Of a stretch of 64,000 bases of DNA, positions 32,501 through 46,872 are shown in pieces. Within the stretch, counting starts at the first letter, position 1; each line of letters starts with the position of its first letter. The stretch spans positions 1 through 64,000 of the forward strand of contig NIVC01001130.1 in NCBI GenBank assembly GCA_002269645.1. Reading direction: 5' to 3'. Origin of the DNA: Macrostomum lignano. Taxonomy: Eukaryota. The translations under genes were made by a program, and so were the position numbers. The notes beneath the pieces are model-generated. The model made no database searches, was not told where the DNA came from, and saw nothing but the letters and a program-made list of their open reading frames with translations.

Positions 32501-35500
32501 GAGTGTTGAGATGACCGATGCACATTCCTTGCCGTAGATGAACCACTTCCGCGTTCGGGTTGAAGATTTGTATTGGCAGTTGCTTATCTTTTGCAACCAG
32601 CACTAGTGCCGTAGGCATCATGATTTTATGTTTTGCCGTGACTCTTCTGTGCGGATCAAATATCATTGCTTCATCTGCCGCGCTGGTCGCTTTCGCTCTG
32701 ACCCAGCATGCGCTTTCAGGCTGGATGATGACATCTTGCTGCAGAGTTACTTTCGGTAGTACTCGAATCTGGTTAATCAGTGGTTGCTCCACCGTGTCGA
32801 TCCTAAATGTTTGCTTGTTGAAGTCGAAGGTCAATGGTAGTCGAAGCTGCTTGAACGTGTCGATTTCAACGATGACGTCTTGGTTTGGTAGTCTGTCGAT
32901 GATGTACGTCGGGACCGTCAGCTGTTTATTAGCAATTTTCAAGTCGATATCTGGTTTTCCTAGGATGTTGAGTGAATGTCCTCCTGCTCCTGCGACTGCG
33001 ATTGCTGCTGGTCGTACCGCGAGTCGTAGCTTGTTGCATAATTGTTGCGAGATGACTGTGATCGAACTGCCTGAATCCAGTAGTGCTCGACATGGCAAGT
33101 TGTTGACAATGACCTGAGCCATTGCTTTGCCAATCTCGGCGTGTAGCGTACAGACGTAGTTTTCCGGCCATTTTGGCTCGTGTTGATCCTGCTGATAACC
33201 AGGTGGCTGAATTCTCGGTGCTGTTGGTGTTTTCGGAATCGATGGATACATTCGCGTTGATGGTGTCGGCTGTCCTTGAGTTTCTTGACGTGCATCCTCT
33301 GTCAATTCCAAGTTGTTGTCTTCTTCCCTTGGTATCTTCTGCATGATGGCGTTCACTGTTCGTTTCGCTGTGGGACAAGTGTTGCTGAAGCATCGTACTA
33401 TCGACGAGATGATTAAGATCGCCGTGACTATCCAAACAACGCAGGCGCTGTAGAAGATGAAGCCTTGATATAGGCTGCCTCTTCCGTTAAGCAGCTCCAA
33501 GAAGCTGTTGGTCCAAAACGATTGGATGGCGTTGTCCATAGACACAAGGACCGGGAAATTGCGTGTTCCCGTTCCTTTATTCTTTCGTGTGAAGAGTTGA
33601 CGAATCATCTTTTGTTGAGTGATGAACGCCTGCCAGTCGTTGATGGTCCATCCTGGTGTCATTTCATCGAGTTGGATATCGGCGAATGGCGTGTACTTCG
33701 TTCTGTTAAATCGTATCTTCAGATCGTCCATATCGTACGTTTCATCGACAATCACCTCTGGTTCTGTGATGTTCGCTGTCGTTCCTGTCGTTTTAATGAC
33801 ATGTAGTGCATCGTCCAGTTGATAGTAGTTTGCTGCAGTGGTGCAAGGTCTTGGTATTGCGGTGCCAACGATGATGTTGTGTACCGTGTCCAAGAATCCC
33901 TGTATCCTTTTGCCTTCGTAGAATGCTTCAATTCTCGGCTTGTCATAGCAAGTTGTTGAAGTGTTCGACGGCAAGATGTTGAAGTGCTCTATCGGCGTGC
34001 ACTTGTATATCAGAAGATGTCCATATATCGGAATTGCCAGAACATCTCTCATTCCAGTGATCTTGCGAAATGTCATCGTAGGGTTGACATAGTAGTTCTG
34101 TCTTGCGTAGTTCAAGTTGATTGCGTGCATTTTGCAAGTTAGCTGAACCAGTGACCGATGTAAGTGGTCTAGCTAATTATGCAGGTTGTGATCCAGCGCC
34201 GTGATCTTTGCTGACAGTAGTCGGTTCGACACCAATCGTGGACGTTCTATGTCGCGTCGTTGCCTTTCTTGTTGTTGATACGTTCCGTTTATGATCGCCA
34301 GGAAGGTTCGTTTGTCGTCATCCTTTACATAGACTGGTATTTCTTGCTCCGAGATGAATAGCGTCTTGTCCGTATCCTTGCATTTGAGTTCCTGTTCAAC
34401 CGGCTTCTTTTGAAACGTCAAGGCCAAGTCTCCTGCTTTTGCCAAAAACGTATTCGACAGTAGTCCTCCTTCCACTGTGTGATACTTTTGAAGCTTGCAG
34501 TCAATTTCCGGCTCTACTTCCCATGCGAAGAAATATTGTCGTGACTTGTACGGTTCCTCATAGTATGAGTGTGCTCTGTGCTCAATCTGCCATCGATAGT
34601 TTTGATGATATGTTGGACTCAGTGGTAGACTGTGTAATTCTTCCTTCCGTAGAATTGGTGTTGGACACCATCCTTCACTGTATCGACATTCGCTTAGTTG
34701 CAGCTGTAACGATTCCATTTTCTCGTATGGATTGTAGTAGAATGGAATATTTCTGATCAAGTAGCTGTTGCGTGCCATATATTCCTTCCATTTTCCGAAG
34801 AAGTGAATGTATCGACCGTTGGCTGAATTCTTTGTTCTGAACAGCTGTGCGTTGCCGACCTTCTCATCTGGTTCCAGTTCACCATCCTTTGAAAACAGTG
34901 TTTGGTTCCATTGTAGGCATTCCGCGTGCGACACATGTAGCTCATGTTGTTTAAATCGGATCCGGTTCCATTGTCCGCGCCAAACTTTTTCTACTAGGTG
35001 CTTGTCTCTGAAGCACACTATTCCGTGTTGTCGATGCTTTTTGATGTTAGCCTTGTAGAGATCGAGTGTAATTTTCTTTGGCTTCGTCTGGTTTGTCTTG
35101 AAGTAGCTGCATTTGATTGGCTGATCCAGGCGGAAGGCTTCTGATTCGCTTTGCTCTTTGGTTATTTCAGTATCTTCGTCTGCGGCTTCTTCCGATGTTT
35201 CCGTTGTTTCACTCCATTGCGTTTAGTATCTTTTCTCTGTCTTGTAGTCGACCGTTTGAATATAGGCTTCTCCATTTCGTTTGTATCGGATCTCGTAGCA
35301 TTCGTCGCTGTCGGAGCTCGGCTTTTCTTTCATCTGTTCTTTTTCCATTTCTTCATCTTTCCATTGTATTTCGTAGCCTTGATCGCTGTCGGAACTTATA
35401 TTTTCCGCTCTCAGTTCTTCCTGCATTCCTTCTTCGGCTCGGTAGCCGTTCGTGTCATCGCGCACCTCGCAGTCGTGATCGTTGCCGTAACTCATACATT

Positions 35501-36847
35501 CTTCTTCTTTTATTTCTTTGTCTTTCATGCTTATCTTGTCGTCATCACTGTTGTCGTTTCATAGTTGTTTTCTTCGCCGCTCTCCATCTTTTCTTCGTTG
35601 CCGATGTTCCTCTCCGCCTCCTCCCTTTTCTTGTGATTTACCTTCCTCCTGTTTTCTCTGCTGTCTTCGGTGGTCTCTTTTAATTCGATCATTTCGGTTT
35701 CATTTGCCTCTTCTGTGTTGTCAGTGTTGTCCTCGTGCGTCGTATTCTTTTCGATCAAGCTGATGTCAAGTTCCGGGACTGTGAAGTCCATTTCCAAGTC
35801 GTCAATTGTGAACACTTGCTGTTCCTGCTGCTAATTTTCCGGTGTGTACGTGATGGCATTCGCGTATCGTGGCATTGCTTGCGTCGACTGTCTTTGTGTA
35901 TACCTGACGTTGCGTGGCCTGTAGCCATTATTTCTGAAGCGGCCGTCATTTCCGTAGCGGTCATTATTTCCGAAGCGTCTATCATTTCCCAAGCGTCTCA
36001 AGCCTTGTTGTTGGCGATTTTGATATTGCTGCCATGGTTTCTGCGGCTTTTGATTGTTGAATGTCTGTCGCGGCTTGTCGTATCTTGTTGACCAATGAGG
36101 ACAATTAATTTGATAATGTCCTTCTTGTCCGCAGTAGTAACATCTGGCTGAGGCTTGTTCATTTCGTCTTTTTTGTTCGGCGATAGCAGCTCTCTGGTGC
36201 TGCATTAACTTGTTTAATTGCTGCGTCAGTTTCTGCACTTCATTGTTGCCTGTCGTCATTAATGGGGCACTGGCTTCCCATTGCATTCCGCACCGCAAAA
36301 GGTCTTCTTCGGTTTCGATATTTTCACGCAAAAGTCTATCCCGAAGTGACGGCTGTGCGTTGTTTATTACGTGCAGGATGAGGTTTTGTTCGCGATCCAT
36401 CAATCGTTGTCTTTCTCTGGCGGCCAATTCTGCCGCTCCCAGCGGCGGTTGGTCTGCAGCTTGCAGCGGTGGCTGATGCAGTGCCTTAATTATCTGGCGG
36501 ATATCGTCCACAAAGGCGAGGAAGGATTCTGTTGCTTGCATCCTTCTATTATGTAACTTGTGCAGCAGCACCGATCTGTTTGTGCCGCAACGGTTGAAAT
36601 GCGCGCGCAGTTGAATGATTAGTGCTGGATAATTTTGCTGTGTTGCCGCATCCAGCTTGCCATAAATCTCTCGCGCAGTACCTTGGAGAAGAGGTGGCAG
36701 CAGCTGTGCCTTCTCTGGATTTTGTAGGTTGTATTCCCTACATACCAGGTCAAAATGGTCGACAAATGTGTTAAAATCTTTCTCCATCGAGAAGGTACCG
36801 ACCGTTTCTTTGATGTCTCTGTGTACCGTTGGATTGCGCCGCGCCAT
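29588..36847 (-). pseudogene. Copy 4 gag-env-pol polyprotein with many stops and small indels; signal peptide deleted near 35117
   Basis: ORF pieces 35831-36847 (Gag), 34173-35018 and 31941-34130 (Env-TM-PR-RT in one frame), 31449-31907 (YVDD), 30259-31235 (RH/IN). Confidence 0.9.
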
Positions 36848-37562
36848 GTTGTTGATAGGATAGAACGGTAGTTCAATATCTGGATCGATTTGTAACGGAT
36901 CGTCCAGTGTGGTGTTTGCCTCGGAATAAACCTCGACTGTAACGAATTGCCTTGTGGTGTCGATCTGTTATTCGTTGGCCTCGAAGTTGCGGCTTGCTGC
37001 CACTGGTTGTCCTCAATTGAACTCGTTTTGTTCGCTTGCTGATTTCGCACTTATGCGGCGTCCCGCAAAGTGTATCTTCAAGTTGAAGTGGACTTTGTCT
37101 TCTTGCTTTGCAAAGGCTTTTTTCTCTTCTTTGACTTCTCTCGTTTGTCAATTAACTCCGCTCTCCACGAAGTTTCAATTAATTTCGGTTTTGTTTTAGT
37201 TTTTGTGCCGGCAAAATGTTTCAGTTATTTTTTGTTTGTTTTGCGTCGACGATTCTTTTATTTTCGGTTTGTATTCAGTGTACCGACGAAGTTAATTTCG
37301 GTTTTGTTTTTAAACTCACACTTGCTCAAGCTCGTTAAAACAAAATTTTCAACACGCGTGCTCAAACTGTACTCAAATTTGACAGGTGCTCAAACCTGTA
37401 CACTAAATTTTTACTCGAGTTTCAAAACGTACGGACTTCAAAAGTGTTAACTCTAACACGTGCGCGCAAAATTAATGAAGTCGCTCTTTCGTCACTTTAC
37501 AATAGCTTGGCCAGGCTATTGCTCAAAAGTTTGAGTAGTGTCGAGAGGGCGAGATCACCAAT

Positions 37563-38906
37563 TGATGTGTTCCTTATTACCAGTCTTTTGATAATCAAGG
37601 AACCACCACTTCTAGCTATTTAGCTAGGCAACCCAGTTATCAACAAGGTATTACTTACCTCGACTTTCCTCAGAGATATCTCTTCTTAATTCGCGCGGTA
37701 GATTCTCGTTGATCTCGTCTGTTGATCCTTCGGCGATCGCGTAGACCAGGTTCTGTGTGTCTCCTGTTTCGGGCCCTTTGCTTCTTTGTTACTTCCGATG
37801 AAGTAACGTCCGGTCGGTAATGTAGTCAGGGCCAATCAGATTCTTCTTTGATGTGTCCCTTATTACCTGCCTTCGATAATCAAGGAACAATCACTTCTAG
37901 CTCTGTAGCTAGGCAACCCAGTAATCAAATGAAGGTATGTATTACCTTGAGTCCTGTCTCGGAGAGCTCTTCCGTGTTCTGTAGTTCTCGGACTTCCTTT
38001 GACCCTCGAACTTCGTTAGACGTCTATGTTCGTAACCAGGTCCGCGTTCCTTTACGTCCACTGAAGTCGTTTCCGGCCGGTATCTGTAGTGCGGACCAAT
38101 GGGAAGCTTCCAAATCAACAATGGGGATCCCTGCGCCAAACTGCGGTTTAATATAAGCCTACTCCTTCTAGTAGTGCCTCTATGCACTCTAGGTATGGCT
38201 CCGGAAACCACTGATAGTCTTCTAAGATCTATCAGGGGCAGTCCTCCTGGAGACTGCAACCAGTAGAGTCTAAACAGACTCAGGAGTCTCAACAGACTCA
38301 CAATAAACTCAAGTCCCTCTTAGACTTGAGCGAGACGTCTCAACCAACAGGCGCAAATGAGTAAGGCTTACCGCAAGAACTCGACCACGTCTTCGAGTTG
38401 CTTCAGGAAGTCTGCTGCAGATCTTCCTCTTCGGAGCTTTCTCTCTCGGAGATTCTTGGCTCCGGGTCCGTTCCGGACCACTTGTATTTATAGGCAAATG
38501 GACCCCCATGAGGTCACGTGGGTCCAACTCTTCAGCTGTCAAAAAGGTCACGGTTTGGTTGCTGTCAAACTTGGCAGGGTAGAAAGTTACTCCATTGGTT
38601 CAGTGTAAAAGCGCGTGATTGGTCATCGCATTCGAGTTATTTTTAGTTACATTTGATTGGTTCACGTGCGTACGGTTGAATGATGCATTTCTCCTGGGGT
38701 TTGAGTTTGACAAGTGCAGGTTACACGTGATTGGGTGATTTCTAAATTTAGCATGCTCGAGGTCTCTCTCTTCCTATTGGTTAGTCCGAATATACTTATA
38801 GTTCAAAGCATACCTTTATTCATGCTCTTTAATTTACTACTAAATAAAATGTGTGAGTAGTACATTAACACTTTTATGTCTTCTTTACGGGAGGTAGAAC
38901 ACTACA
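37563..38906 (-). repeat. Composite LTR: type III end (37563-37848) plus a full type II LTR (37849-38906)
   Basis: Second TGATGTG terminus at 37849; PBS on the left, PPT on the right. Confidence 0.87.
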
Positions 38907-39145
38907 AAATCTCCCATGTTTACAAAAAACTCGTCCCGAGTTTTAAAGATGGCAAGGTTTTGGAGGAAGAAAAGTTTCAAGTATCTCGATATATCTGTAG
39001 GGAGTATATTTAAATTTGTGAACTTTACATTGTGTACTTTTTAGTAAGGGTTAATACTGTCCGCGTATTTCTACAGTAATGTTCAGTAAATGCATCTGGC
39101 CGTCCGGTCACATACGCCTGCCTGCCGAATGCGCCGCCGAGACGT

Positions 39146-39781
39146 TCAGCCGAAGCTTATCTGGAGCAGGGTGCCGATCTGCTGTTCGGTTCGCACAGCT
39201 AGGCACGCCACTGCCCAGTACAACGGCTGAAACCGTACGAAGCGAGGGTCCTCCGTCCGCTCCAGCAGCTGCAAGTAGGCGTCGATGGCGGTGAGACCGG
39301 GTTGATGTCTCGCCAGGTCTCTGGCTATGCCAAGCAGATGCCGCCACGCCGCCTGATGCTGGAGCGGCCACGGCCATGACCGTACGGCGATCGCCAGCTG
39401 CTCCAAGGTTAGGAGGTCCGGTTCGGTGAGCGACAACTCCGGCACTACCGCCATAGTAGCCAGCAGCAGTGCCGTGGAATGCATCACCGGCTCCAGACAC
39501 ACGGTGCACGTTTGGATATCTCGTGCACCGTACCTATGGAGACAGCCGGCACAGGCCCAGTGCCGACTTGGACAGATTTGGTACTGGGGCTGCTCGCCGC
39601 ACAATGCACATGTGACCCTCGCCCTGCGACATGTTGGGCACGCCGACAGCATGGTGATCTCGCCGGTCAGCTGTCGGGCCGCGATGTCGCAAGAGAGACA
39701 CACTTGGTGTCCCCATTCGCAGGTCGGGACCGTTTCGTCCCGCGTCTCCAGGCAGCAGGGGCATGCGTCGTCCGCGTTCAT
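39146..39781 (-). CDS. RING-B, intact divergent allele (211 aa)
   Basis: MNADDACPCC...; two RINGs; TEDPRF...ISFG end; CCCACAG before the ATG. Confidence 0.87.
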   Translation of the reverse strand: MNADDACPCCLETRDETVPTCEWGHQVCLSCDIAARQLTGEITMLSACPTCRRARVTCALCGEQPQYQICPSRHWACAGCLHRYGARDIQTCTVCLEPVMHSTALLLATMAVVPELSLTEPDLLTLEQLAIAVRSWPWPLQHQAAWRHLLGIARDLARHQPGLTAIDAYLQLLERTEDPRFVRFQPLYWAVACLAVRTEQQIGTLLQISFG

Positions 39782-39849
39782 CTGTGGGTTGTAGGGTCAT
39801 AATTTATTCGTACATCCTTTATAGTGCTTGCATTTGTGCGTAACAGAGC

Positions 39850-40518
39850 TCATTGTGGATACCGTAGAAGCCATATGAAGTAACTGCGTGATAAAATAAG
39901 CTGTTTTAACGCATGACAATAAATATGCAGTGTCCAATGATAGGCGTTATGGGCTTGTAAAGTATTTTGCAAATGCCGTGTTATCTCGCGGGGTAGCATA
40001 TGTCGTAATATGCCCTGATGATTATGTGCGTAAAGAATCAATTCGTAGCGCGAGCGCTGAGCACAACGGGGTACTGGCCAAAACTCCAGCAACCGTTCTA
40101 TACTCATGGCTGTCAAGGTATGAATATTATATACAGATTAACAGCGTGATACGTCCGGCTTTATGCGACACCACTTCTTGAAGGTGCTGTCCGTCGGCAT
40201 GGTGTTACAGACAGGGCACCCTATGATGCCTCTGGTAGCGGTGCGTTTCAAGCAATGCATGCAGATAAAATGATTGTGACGACAGTATTGAAAAGTGCGC
40301 CACGAGTAACAATAGGCGCACTGCGTCAGACTACTCCTACATAGGGGGCAGAGTTGCCAAGGTTGAATATAATGCGCGTCACGTAAGCATGTTCCACAGA
40401 TGCGATGATTATTTATACAAATGGTTGGTGGCTTTATCCACAAATCTTCTTCCAGACAGACAGGGCAGTCATGTAGTTGCTGTACTTGGGGCGCCTGCTT
40501 GGACAGTGCGTTGCCCAT
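39850..40518 (-). pseudogene. RING-A with one in-frame nonsense codon at 40138-40140
   Basis: Same 669-nt span as intact copies; TAA where other copies have Leu. Confidence 0.85.
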
Positions 40519-40624
40519 TGTCGTCGTTGCTTGAAGTTTGAAGTCGCTCAGATTAGTCGCCTCTTACGACAAGCTTGCGAAGCTGTAGAGCTATTCTGAC
40601 CCGGTCTCTACACGGGTTGTTTTC

Positions 40625-43600
40625 TTAACGAGGTCGCAGATTGTAGCCATGTTGCTGGTTTTCGGTTGATGTTTGTGTCTCCTCGTGTTTTGTTGCGATG
40701 TGGCGGTTCGCCGAACGCGTGCGATCAGCGTTGTCTAGTGACGGTAAAAACGTTGTCGTGTCAGTGTTGATCTTCTTTAGTCGATGAATGTGCACGTAGA
40801 ATTGGTGCTGATGAGGATCTTGCACATTGGCCAGGCGTGCCGTTGTCGGTGACGTTAGTTGGACCACTCGATATGGTCCTTTGTACTTCTGTGCGTGTTT
40901 GTGCGTCTGTTGCGGCGGATAGTGCAGGTAGACGATGTCGCCGGCTGTCAGAGTTGTCGATCTCGTGTCGGTGCCGGTGGTTAGAGCCACCTGATTGTCG
41001 ATGTTGTGCTTGGCTACTTTCCATGCGAGGTGTAGTTGCGTGACGAACTTTTGAATGGACGTCAGGACTTCCACATATTGCGATGGTAGTAGTTGCTGTG
41101 CCAGTAGGTTTGGCGGCTGGAAGTCTCGCCCAAACATTAGAAAGAATGGCGTATTATCCGTTGATCGATGAATAGCGCTGTTGTAGGCCATTGTTACTGC
41201 TTGCAGATAGATGATCCAGTCGTCCGGTTGTTGATGCGCGAAGTGTGTAATCATCTCGTGTAGGTTGCGGTGAAACCTTTCAACCATGTTCGCCTTCGGA
41301 TTGTAGGTCGATGTGTAGATCTGCGTAATGTTGAGGATCTTCACCACTTGCTGAAAGAGTTGAGACGTAAACTGCGATCCATTGTCCGATGTGAGGTTCT
41401 TTGGCGTACCGTACTTGCAGATGATGTCGTTGAAGAAACCCATTGCCACTGTCTGAGCTGTGATGTCCGGTATTGGTATGGCAATAGCAAACTTTGAGAA
41501 AATGTCCAAGGCTGTTAGGATGTAGGTGTAGGCTATGCCATGGAGACAGCTCGGTGGCAGCGGTCCGGTGATGTCGATGCTGAGACAGTCCATAGTTGTT
41601 GACTTCGGTATCGATTGTAGCTGTGGTTTCTGTCGTCGCCCTGTCTTTGATGCTGCGCATGAGTGGCAGTTGTTGCAATACTGTTTGATGTCGCCATGCA
41701 TGCTTGGCCAAAAGTAGTATTGCTCCACTCTTGCAATGGTTTTGACTGCCGACAGGTGTCCAGCGAGTGGGTTGTCGTGCAGCTCGTTGAGAATGGCCTG
41801 CCTAAACGAATATGGCATGTAGATTTTAGGTTTGTTGTCACTCATCCAGTAGAGTCGTGACTTGTTGATTGTTAAATGTTGTCGCTGCTTGCGCAGGAAT
41901 TTTCGTTCCACGGGGCTGAGCTTGATGTCCTTGTCGTTGTTTTTAATTGCTGCATAGAAGTTGTCGTGTTCAGTCTCATCCACCAATTCCTTGATGTTAG
42001 GGATTGGATGAATGGCGTTGACTTCGTAGGTTCTTGACAGAGCGTCCGCCGCCTTGTTAGTAATTCCTGGTTTGTAGACCAGCTTGTAGTTGTAGTCCTG
42101 GATCTTGAGCGTCATCCTGATGAGTCGGTTATTTGTTTGTCCTTTTGTAGTTACGACGTAGGTCAGCGGTGCGTGATCTGTGCGTACTATCGTCGGTATT
42201 GGAGAACCATAGATGTAGTAATGGAACTGTCGTAGGGCGAACAAGACTCCTAGTAGCTCGCGTTCCGTAGCTGACCACTTTGTTTCATTTGGTTTGAGTG
42301 CTCGACTTACGTAGGCGATAGGTCGCTCCTTCTTGTCCTCGGTTTCCTGTAGTAGGACTGCTCCGAGTCCCGTTCCTGAGGCGTCCGTCTCGACTATGAA
42401 GGGTTTGTCGAAGTCCGGATGCTGTAGTAGTGCGTCTGATGTCAGTTGTCGTTTGATTTCGTCGAAACTCTCTTGCTGCTTTTGCGTCCAGTTCTCTCGT
42501 TTCCACTTGTCGAATTTGAGCAGGTCGTACAGCGGTTTTGCTGTCTTCGCGAAGTTCGGTAAGAACTTTCGGAAGTATTGCGCTAGTCCAAGAAACGATT
42601 GGACCTTCGTTATGCTAGTTGGCGTAGGAAACTTTTTTACTTTCTCCACGTTGTCTGGGTCCGGTGAGATTCCTTTGGCTGTCACTTGGTGTCCTAGGTA
42701 ACGTACGTTGTCTCGGAAGAATTTGCATTTCGTCGGTTGCAGCTTAAGACCTTGGCGTTGAATGAGCGCTAGGGCCTTCTCCGTAGCTTCATAGAGTCGT
42801 TGGAAGTCTTCTCCGTAGGCCAAGATGTCGTCGACATAGTGCAGCAGGTTTGTGCATCCTGCAAGCATGTATGCCGTTAGTCGGCTCATTGTTGCTGGGC
42901 TGTTGCTGAGTCCCATTGGCGATCGATTGTACTCGTAGACTTGTCCATTGTAGGTCTTAAAAGCCGTGTACTGTCGTGATTCTTTCTCGATTTCAATTTG
43001 CCAAAATCCATGACGTAGGTCGAACACCGTGAACAGTTTTTCCGTGTTGAGCTTTGCTACTATCTCGGAGATCTTTGGTAGGCTTTGCTGATCCGTCGGT
43101 ATGTACTTGTTCAGCAGTCTGAAGTCGCATACAAGTCGTCTTTCGTTAGTCTCCTTCTTTTGTACCAGTAGGCACGGTGAGGAATAGGGTGAAATTGCTT
43201 TGCTGATGATGCCATGCTTTAGCATTTTATCAATAATTTCGTCAAAGTGTTGTTGCAGATGCTTGGCAATCGGGTACGGCTTGCACTGAATTGGTTCCGT
43301 GTGCGGTAGAAGCTTGATTTCTTGTTTAATGTCTTTAGCGCGTCCGATGTCGTAATCATGATGGCAGAAGGCTTCGTTGTACTTCCACAACAGTTGGCGA
43401 ACTATCTTCTTTTGTTGTTCCGTGATCGGGCTGTCGTCAAAGTTGATTTTCTTTTGAAATTCTTCTTCTGTTAGTCGTGGTGTCGCTTGCTCAATCAGCA
43501 TAACTGATGCTTGAGTGTTGAAATGACCGATGCACATTCCTTGTCGTAGATGAACCATTTCCGCGTTCGGGTTGAAGATTTGTACTGGCAGCTGCTTATC

Positions 43601-44330
43601 TTTTGCCACCAGCACTAGTGCCGTAGGCATCATGATTTGATGTTTTGCCGTGACTCTCCTGTGTGGATCAAATATCATTGCTTCATCTGCCGCGCTGGTC
43701 GCTTTCGCTCTGACCCAGCATGCGCTTTCAGGCTGGATGATGACATCTTGCTGTAGAGTAACTTTTGGTAGTACTCGAATCTGGTTAATCAGTGGTTGCT
43801 CCACCGTGTCGATCCTAAATGTTTGCTTGTTGAAGTCGAAGGTCAATGGTAGTCGAAGCTGCTTGAACGTGTCGATTCCAACAATGACGTCTTGGTTTGG
43901 TAGTTTGTCGATGATGTACGTCGGGACCGTCAGATGTTTATTAGCAATTTTCAAGTCGATATCTGCTTTTCCTAGGATGTTGAGTGAATGTCCTCCTGCT
44001 CCTGCAACTGCGATTGCTGCTGGTCGTACCGCGAGTCGTAGCTTGTTGCATAATTGTTGCGAGATGACTGTGATCGAACTGCCTGAATCCAGTAGTGCTC
44101 GACATGGCAAGTTGTTGACAATGACCTGAGCCATTGCCTTGCCAATCTCAGCGTGTAGCGTGCAGACGTAGTTTTCTGGCCATTTCGGCTCGTGTTGATC
44201 CTGCTGATAACCAGGTGGCTGCATTCTCGGTGCTGTTGGTGTTGTCGGAATCGATGGATACATTCGCGTTGATAGTGTCGGCTGTCCCTGCGTTTCATGC
44301 TGTACGCACGCTGTGCGTGCGGGCAAGTGT
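40625..44330 (-). CDS. pol: Uninterrupted Env-tail-PR-RT-RNase H-IN frame of copy 5 (~1230 aa)
   Basis: ORF 40625-44383: YPSI/PTAP/PPGY, DSG, YVDD, DASG, HHCC, DDE, GPY, GYNLRPR. Confidence 0.95.
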
Positions 44331-46872
44331 TGCTGAAGCATCGTACTATCGATGAGATGATAAAAATCGCCGTAACTACCCATACGACACAGGCACTGTA
44401 GAAGAGTAAGCCTTGATATAGGCTGCCTCTTCCGTTAAGCAGCTCCAAGAAGCTGTTGGTCCAAAACGATTGGATGGCGTTGTCCATCGATACAAGGACC
44501 GGGAAAGTGCGTGTTCCCGTTCCTTTATTCTTTCGTGTGAAGAGTTGACGAATCATCTTCCGTTGAGTGATGAACGCTTGCAAGAAGTCGTTGATGGTCC
44601 ATCCGGGTGTTATCTCATCGAGTTGGATATCGGCGAATGGCGTGTACTTCGTTCTGTTGAACCGTATCTTCAGATCGTCCATATCGTACGTTTCATCGAC
44701 AATCTCTTCTGGTTCCGTGATGTTCGCTGTCGTTCCTGTCGTTTTAATGACGTGTAGTGCATCGTCCAGTTGATAGTAGTTTGCTGCAGTGGTGCAGGGT
44801 CTTGGTATGGCTGTGCCAACGATGATGTTGTGTACCGTGTCCAAGAATCCTTGTATTCTTTTGCCTTCGTAGAATGCTTCAATTCTCGGCTTGTCGTAGC
44901 AAGTTGTTGAAGTGTTCGACGGCAAGATGTTGAAGTGCTCTATCGGCGTGCACTTGTATATCAGGAGATGTCCATATATCGGAATTGCCAGAACCTCTCT
45001 CATTCCCGTGATCTTGCGAAATGTCATCGTAGGGTTGACATAGTAGTTCTGTCTTGCGTAGTTCAAGTTGATTGCGTGCATTTTGCAAGTTAGCTGAACC
45101 AGTGACCGATGTAAGTGGTTAAGCTGGTTATGCAGGTTGTGATCCAGCGCCGTGATCTTTGCTGACAGTAGTCGGTTTGACACCAATCGTGGACGTTCTA
45201 TGTCGCGTCGTTGTCTCTCTTGTTGCTGATATGTTCCGTTTATGATTGCCAGGAAGGTTTGTTTGTCACCATCCTTCACGTAGACTGGTATTTCTTGTTC
45301 CGAAATGAATAGCGTCTTGTCCGTATCCTTGCATTTGAGTTCCTGTTCGACCGGCTTCTTTTGAAACTTCAAGGCCAAGTCTCCTGCTTTTGCCAAAAAC
45401 GTATTCGACAGTAGTCCTCCTTCCACTGTGTGATACTTTTGAAGCTTGCAGTCAATTTCCGGCTCTACTTCCCATGCGAAGAAATATTGTCGTGACTTGT
45501 ACGGTTCCTCATAGTGTGAGTGTGCTCTGTGCTCAATCTGCCATCGATAGTTTTGATGATATGTTGGACTCAGTGGTAGACTGTGTAGTTCTTCCTTCCG
45601 TAGAATTGGTGTTGGACACCAGCCTTCACTGTATCGACATTCGCTTAGTTGCAGCTGTAACGATTCCATTTTCTCGTATGGATTGTAGTAGAATGGAATA
45701 TTTCTGATCAAGTAGCTGTTGCGTGCCACATATTCTTTCCATTTTCCGAAGAAGTGAATGTATCGACCGTTGGCTGAATTCTTTGTTCTGAACAGCTGTG
45801 CGTTGCCGACCTTCTCATCTGGTTCCAGTTCACCATCCTTTGAAAACAGTGTTTGGTTCCATTGTAGGCATTCCGCGTGCGACACATGTAGCTCATGTTG
45901 TTTAAATCGGATCCGGTTCCATTGTCCGCGCCAAACTTTTTCTACTAGGTGCTTGTCTCTGAAGCACACTATTCCGTGTTGTCGATGCTTTTTGATGTTA
46001 GCCTTGTAGAGATCAAGTGTAATCTTCTTTGGCTTCGTCTGGTTTGTCTTGAAGTAGCTGCATTTGATGTCGGTTGGTATCTTGTAGATCATCGGTTGGA
46101 TATGCGCATCCGTTGGACAGATCATTGGTTTTTCCGTTGCCGTTGCTTTGGCGACTGCTGCTATCAGTAGTATCATGATGATCCAGTATAGCCAGTTTTT
46201 CCACTTCTTGGACCTTGCCGTTGTCTTTGCTGGCATTGGCCGCGATTGCCATTCGTTATCCTCCATGTCCGCATCGTATTCTTTCGGTTGTTCCATTGGC
46301 TGATTCTGGCGGAAGGCATCTGATTTGCTTTGCTCTTTGGTTATTTCAGTATCTTCGTTTACGGCTTCTTCCGATGTTTCCGTTGTTTCACTCCATTGCG
46401 TTTGGTATCTTTTCTCTGTCTTGTAGTCGACTGTTTGAATGTAGGCTTCACCATTTCGTTTGTATTGGATCTCGTAGCATTCGTCGCTGTCGGAACTCGG
46501 CTTTTCTTTCCTCTGCTCTTTTTCCATTTCTTCATCTTTCCATTGTATTTCGTAGCCTTGATCGCTGTCGGAACTTGTATTTTTCGCTCTCAGTTCTTCC
46601 TGCATTCCTTCTTCGGCTCGGTATCCGTTCGTGTCATCGCGCACCTCGCAGTCGTGATCGTTGCCGTAACTCATACATTCTTCTTCTTTTATTTCTTTGT
46701 CTTTCGTGCTTATTTTGTAGTCATCCACTGTTGTCGATTCATAGTTGTTTTCTTCGTCGGTCCCCCTCTTTTCTTCGTTGCCGGTATCGCTCTCTGCCTC
46801 CTTCCTTTTTTTGTGATTTACTTTCTTCCTGTTTTCTCTGCTGTCTCCGGTGGTCTCTTTTAATTCGATCAT
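44320..46872 (-). CDS. env: Acidic linker - signal peptide - complete gB-like ectodomain - TM of copy 5; frame to pol broken by a small deletion after the TM
   Basis: ORF 43972-46872 is open from the linker through the TM. Confidence 0.88.
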